In this document: piece after piece, positions 58,464 to 64,000 of the stretch
How positions within the stretch are numbered: position 1 is the stretch's first letter
Layout: every line of letters starts with the position of its first letter
DNA from: Octopus bimaculoides
Taxonomy: Eukaryota
DNA: 64,000 bases
Assembly: GCF_001194135.2 (NCBI RefSeq)
Contig: NC_068985.1
Span: 51,993,428 to 52,057,427, forward strand
Direction: 5' to 3'
Program-made: the position numbers and the translations under genes
Notes under the pieces: model-generated
The model's database searches: none
What the model was told of the DNA's origin: nothing
The model's input: the letters and a program-made list of their open reading frames with translations, nothing else

Positions 58464-61198
58464 TGAGTACACATCTTAGAGGTGAACTGATTTCATGTCT
58501 CTATCTTTAATAAAATTGCTATTTTATTGCAGATTCTTCTCGAAAATGGAATAAACGTCTAGAGGAATCAATCTAAGAGAAAAGCAATTTGCAGAACTTT
58601 CCCAGATTCACACACGTCAGCAAGTAAATTAACATTCTCTTAGCTTGTCATAATGATAAGTAACATTTGCCAGTAGTATTTGTCTGATTTCGCAAATTTA
58701 TAAACATGGCTGCTAGTTCATGTTACTTGTAATTGTATGACAAATAAAACCTCTTCCTCCAAAACACAAAAGAACGCAAAACAAAAAGAAAATGAACAAA
58801 ATACATTGGTGGTATATACAAATAATTAATGCCGTCTTCAGATGACCCTGAGTGCGTCAGATGAAAACATGGAGTTGCAATGTCATTGAAATGGTAATTA
58901 ATAGGATATTTCATGTTTTCTTATGTCAGCGCGGGTATAAATCGATTTTCTGTATCGTCTTGTTAGTCATTCGTTGGTGAGATTAACTTCTGTACGAAAA
59001 TATCTTGTCGTTCTGACCGAAACTAATCTGTACGAAAAATAATTTGTTATATATCCTTGTACAAGTATTTTCGACTTTCCTTTTTAGTGTCTTGAGAATT
59101 AGATAGAGATCAATACTCTTCTTATTTTACAAATAAATATCTGGAATAAATTAATATGATTAATAAGACCTTAAAATTGGAGGCTGTTTTAACCTTGTAC
59201 ATGTCACATTGTCCTTGACCAGGGTGAACATTTAAAACATATTCGGCATTTACTGTCTTCATGTTGCATTATCGATTATCAATAAAATATCTAAATAGAT
59301 GTCCAATGCCATACGTTCGTCATCGCTTATTTATCTGGGAATTACTAATAACGATGGCAAGCTGAATAATGGCGCCTTTTTTTCCCTTACGAAAGCAGAC
59401 TGATATGCCAGGAATTAAAAGAAAATCTGAGACTGCAATGACTCCTCGTCTCACACTTTCTTATCAATTATTTCAACTGGGATATTATATTATCCACAGA
59501 ATTAAAGACAAATCTAGTAAGATTTATAGCAAAATGTAAGATAAAGAATGGGCATAAAGCCCTGGCAAGTCTACTTCACAATCCAGTTTCGATTCGTATT
59601 TGTTTCAGTTCAATTTAGGCATTAAACGTCTCTAAGGAAAAACAAGGAAAACGTTTTATGTTACTGTTTTTCATTCTTGATAAACTTGATTTCACAAAGC
59701 GTAAATCTGGAGGTTGCGATAGACTAACACATTTGATTCCAGTGAGAAATAAAATAAACATAGTAATGAATAATAAAGTTGGTGTTATTATTTAAATAAT
59801 TGTGGTTGGTGTTATGTATATTTGGTAATGAGTGGTGCTGTAGAGAATGCGGATATCCTGTTTTAAACACATGGTTGAAGCCATTTCATTTCTTTTAGAT
59901 AGGCAGCGTCGCTTGACTTGAAAAGACAGAAACACCTCTATTTCTTATGTCTCTTCTCAAAATATATGACTGTTTAAGCCGATTAAAGCATTTAATGTAT
60001 ATGGCTGATAACATGAAATGTTCGTCTCCGTCTAATACAACCGACAGTTATAGAACAAAAATCTTCGAAACCCTTTTTCTTTGTGTTAAGACATTTGTTG
60101 ACTGATCAACAAATTAATTTTGTGGATTTGATTTTTAATTTCTGAAAATAGTCTCCTCTCTTCTTTTTCAGAATCACTAATAATTACCATTAGGTATCTT
60201 ATTTTCTTTCTCCAATAACGAAACAATATTCATTGTATCTTTGGAGGCTCATTATGCTAATAAAACACACGCACGGGTTCTTTTCACTTCTGTTATTATA
60301 ATTAGTCAAGTAGTTAACCTTTCAAGTAATCAACCAATAGATTGTTTGATTAATCGTTCACTCATTTAATCAATTCGATCCTTTCGAGTCCTTTCGGGAG
60401 CATATGATTGATGAAATCGCGAATGGCGACTAAAAGACTGGGACGAATCTAAATGATCGATCAATTGACAGAACGATTTAACAAATGATCCACAGTTAAT
60501 TGATTAAATTGTTAACTAATTTACGTTAACTAATTTGCTGCAAGAAGTGAAATAGAATCCGTGCGTGTGTTCATTATTGGCATAATGATCCTCAAATGAT
60601 ACAACACAATCTGTTTCAAAACACGTTTTCACATCAAGAATCTTGCAAAATAAATACATAGAAATCTACCTACCTATCAGTCTGTCTGTCTGTTTGATGT
60701 TTGTCTGTTTCTTATCTACCTGTCTGTCTGTCTGACTGTCTGTCTGTCTTCCTGTCTGTCTGTCTGACTGTCTTCCTGTCTGTCTGTCTTCCTGTCTGTC
60801 TTCCTGTCTATCAATCTGGGTGTTTCAGATCTTAAAACATACATCCGCTACACCCCCATCCAGACAACTCATTCTAGATTGATCCCGCATAACATGGTCC
60901 AAGCAGCATTCTACTGAAGCTACCGATCACTTATTTTCATGGAAAACAGGTTATTGATTTTTCGAGCCCGTCATTACAATCGTTTCAATGATCTTGTTAA
61001 AATTTTATTTTTTCTACCAAGCCATCTCGTCAGACAAAATTTTCAATACTGTGCAACATCAGAAATTGGAATTCAATGTGGCTTGGATATTGGACTCTAA
61101 TTCGTATAGTATTAAAGCACATCATAAACTCTGTGTGTATGTGTGTGTGTGAAACAAATGACAGAGACGGAAAATGGAATGCATGGCAAACTTTATTG

Positions 61199-61247
61199 CC
61201 CACAACGATCGTTTCGACACATTCTGCATCGACCCTTTGCGGGTGGG
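61199..61247 (-). ncRNA. decayed hammerhead-like motif
   Basis: CCCAC-[CCGCAAA]-...-GAAAC-GATC-GT-T-GTGGG; perfect 5-bp stem I and palindromic stem III, core decayed. Confidence 0.35.
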
Positions 61248-61769
61248 AAACTATATAACTAATGGTGGTGCATCCTTCGGTGCAGAAGCGGCTCGTAAGG
61301 TGGTGTAATACTATTAAGAACATACCTAACACTTTATATANNNNNNNNNNTATATATATTAGAAAAAATAATAAGGTACTCAGCTATCTGGATTGTTGTA
61401 CATTTACAGATTTTTATTAATATGTCACATGTTTTATAAATATTAGCGCTTGCACCTATTCTTGTAGGTTTTTCAAATATGATTTCACTTTCAGAGGATG
61501 TCTCTTTTTATAGTATTATTGAATGTGTAGGAGTGGAAAGAGATATATAGGACTACATATACTTATATATATATAAGTATATGTATGTATATTATATGTA
61601 TTTGCATGAACACGTCTGTCTGTCTGATTGTCTTTGTTTGTCTGTCTCTGAATCTGACTGTCAATCTGTCTGTGTTTCTCTTTCTCTCTCTCTCTGTCTC
61701 TGTCTCTCTCTCTCTCTCTACACACACACACTCACACACACAAACATGAATATATATATATTATGATAG

Positions 61770-62590
61770 TAGTTATGTTGTAAGGGAGATTTGGTTGCTA
61801 GCAGGTTGAACGACCTCGATCACAGTAACCACCAATATATTTAAGGTGTTTGTAGAACAGCATTACCTAATGTGTCTTTTTTTTACGGCAGTTAAGTGTG
61901 ATAAGAGTGAGAATTGGTTACTTTCTTTAGCAGGTTGAGCGACTACGATCAAAGAAAATCCCAACATGTTGTAAGAAACTGTAGGGAGAGCGATCTTCAG
62001 TGAAGATGTTTATACTCCATTATACAAGTGTTTCGGCCCTTGACTCCTTACACTTTAAGAGGGAGTGGGTAAGTAGCATCTAAAGCAGGGCTCTTGGATA
62101 CCCCTCTGCAGCCGTATTCTTTGCTGTCTGCATTGTAACGAATACCTTCTTGAGTGGCTAAGTTACCCCAGAGCTAAGGTACCTTGAACTTGGGTGTTGT
62201 AACGAGTTCATTCTAAGACTCCAGTTGACTGCAGAGGAAATTGTGCCTTCTAAAATGCATTTTCATTCTTCCTTCGCCAGATCTAGCTAGAACGCTTTTC
62301 AGCCGTTTCTGTTATCCCTTTAAGAGCTCTGGTCCTCTTTTAGGGGTTTTCAAGGCTACATTATCTAATACATTATCCAATACCTAGTACATTTCTTAAA
62401 GACAGCAGAGTGTTGTATGGGGGAAATTTGGTTGTTATTTCAAGTAGTTGAGCGGCCACGGTCAAAGCAAATCCCACTATTTTTTAAAGGTTTGACAGAC
62501 TACATTATCTAACATGTCCTTCCTTTGACTTTCTTTAATAGATTGTGATATGAGGGAGATTTGGTTGCTCTTTCTAGCATGTAGAGGCTC
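61770..62590 (+). repeat. four diverged copies of a short dispersed repeat (GGAGATTTGGTTGCT...TAGCAGGTTGAGCGAC)
   Basis: Copies near 61785, 61910, 62422 and 62553; three preceded by CATTA(T/C)CTAA. Confidence 0.7.
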
Positions 62591-63592
62591 GTTACAATTA
62601 TTTTTCTTTTGCTGCTTCTCACTAGGGATCGGTTAGTGACACTCCCCTGCTATGTCAAATAAATCTCAAACAAACCAATGAATAAATAAATAAAAATATA
62701 ACTGGAAGTTTGAGGTTAGTTTCTACGAAACGGGCAAATTGTTGAATTAAAAATAAATATTCTTCTACAATTTCTTTACAAGGCATCAAATTAATTTAGT
62801 TTAATCCTGAAAGCTGATAAAGAAATAAGACAAGATGGATGAGATGTTCAGATTAGTATCATGATACATGGTGGATATCTTATTTCATTTGTCGTCTTCT
62901 CACAAATGTGATATACGTTTTTTAATATTCTACCAGATGGCAAATTTCCCACCGTTGTACAATAATAGCATGGCCGCTAGACTTGCTAGAAATTGCAACA
63001 AAAATATTCCTCTCGTTGTAGACAGCCTTTCGTCTTTAAAAAGAATAGGAAACATTAGATGATGTCGTCTGGTGTATAGTAAATAAATAAATAAAAGAAG
63101 GGTAAATAAAATAATTAGGTAAATAAATAAATAAAAATAGAATAAAATAAAACAAAAGATATTTAGAAAAACAAATAAGATATTCATTTTGTTTGTAAAG
63201 AAAAATTAGATCAAAGACAAAATTTATTTTGTGGGCAAATAAAATATTAAAATTTTTATACAGAAAAGTAAATAAATAAAATAAAATTTATTTTCCCAAC
63301 AAATATTTATTTTATCGATTTGAAAATAAGATTGGTTAAGAAAGTAAATTATATTTAGATTTACTTAATGGATTTAAATAAAATAAATTTATATTATTTA
63401 ATAATAAATGAAAGAAATAAAATATAAAAAATTATTTGTATTATTTAAGTAAAAGAAAAGAAATAAAATGCAAAAACCAAAAATAAATGAGTGAAAGATA
63501 AGATGGTCAGTATTGGAAACCTTGTGATCAGACACGTATATGCGGGATCAAGCATAGCTTGGGGTTATACAACCACAACATCAACAAAAATG

Positions 63593-63870
63593 TTATTCCG
63601 TCGGTTACGAGGACAAGGGTTCCAGTTGATCCGATCAACGGAACAGCCTGCTCGTGAAGTTAACGTGCAAGTGGCTGAGCACTCCACAGACACACATATC
63701 CTTAATGTAGTTTCCAGCGAGATTCAGAAAGTGACAAGGCCAGCTGAGGGAACTGGTGCAACGTGTAATAAAGTGTCTTGCTCAATAACACAGCGCGTCG
63801 TCGAAAACCGAACTCACAACCTTACGATCGTGAGCCGAATACCCTAACCACTAAGCCACGCGCCTTCACA
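63593..63870 (-). mobile_element. tRNA-derived SINE family C-type
   Basis: GTGAAGGCGCGTGGCTTAGTGGTTAGGGTATTCGG head, TTGAGCAAGACACTTTA core, tail GGAACCCTTGTCCTCGTAACCGACGG. Confidence 0.85.
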
Positions 63871-64000
63871 ACAGCATAAAGAAATAGCAACAATATTTGT
63901 TCAACTCCGAGCTTGCGCCCCTGGAAACGGTTAAGGATACTACTTTCTCTCTTGAATAATAAAAAAACAAAAACAAAAGAAAAACCAAAAAAAGCAGAAA

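Noticed and set aside
58531-58893. Two plus-strand exon-like units (58531-58623 and 58841-58893)
   Set aside because: Stops in all three frames; a UTR or lncRNA role cannot be shown from sequence

Overview
Eukaryotic, AT-rich, gap-riddled (about 18 N-runs) and microsatellite-saturated window. The repeat landscape looks like an octopus genome (inference from three abundant tRNA-headed SINE families, mariner fossils and RTE/R4 LINE tails; not verified). No intact protein-coding gene, tRNA or rRNA is recognisable, and almost all long ORFs in the track are microsatellite or N artefacts. Supported content: one full-length but dead Hsmar1/cecropia-like mariner (9478-10760, -); defective mellifera-like, irritans-like and rosa/DD41D-like Tc1/mariner remnants; hAT, piggyBac and Tc1-type MITEs; RTE, CR1/L2-like and R4/Dong-like LINE 3' ends; about 35 SINE copies. 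The most interesting unexplained signal is a set of minimal type I hammerhead-ribozyme-like motifs. Two lie 304 bp apart in a diverged tandem dimer at 19.9-20.5 kb (retrozyme-like). One sits inside an 86-bp near-perfect inverted repeat at 26.85-27.1 kb (Penelope-like terminal repeat). One at 41.44 kb is well paired but has a CUGUUGA core variant, and several more are decayed. A few weak minus-strand exon candidates are noted, but no gene can be assembled.
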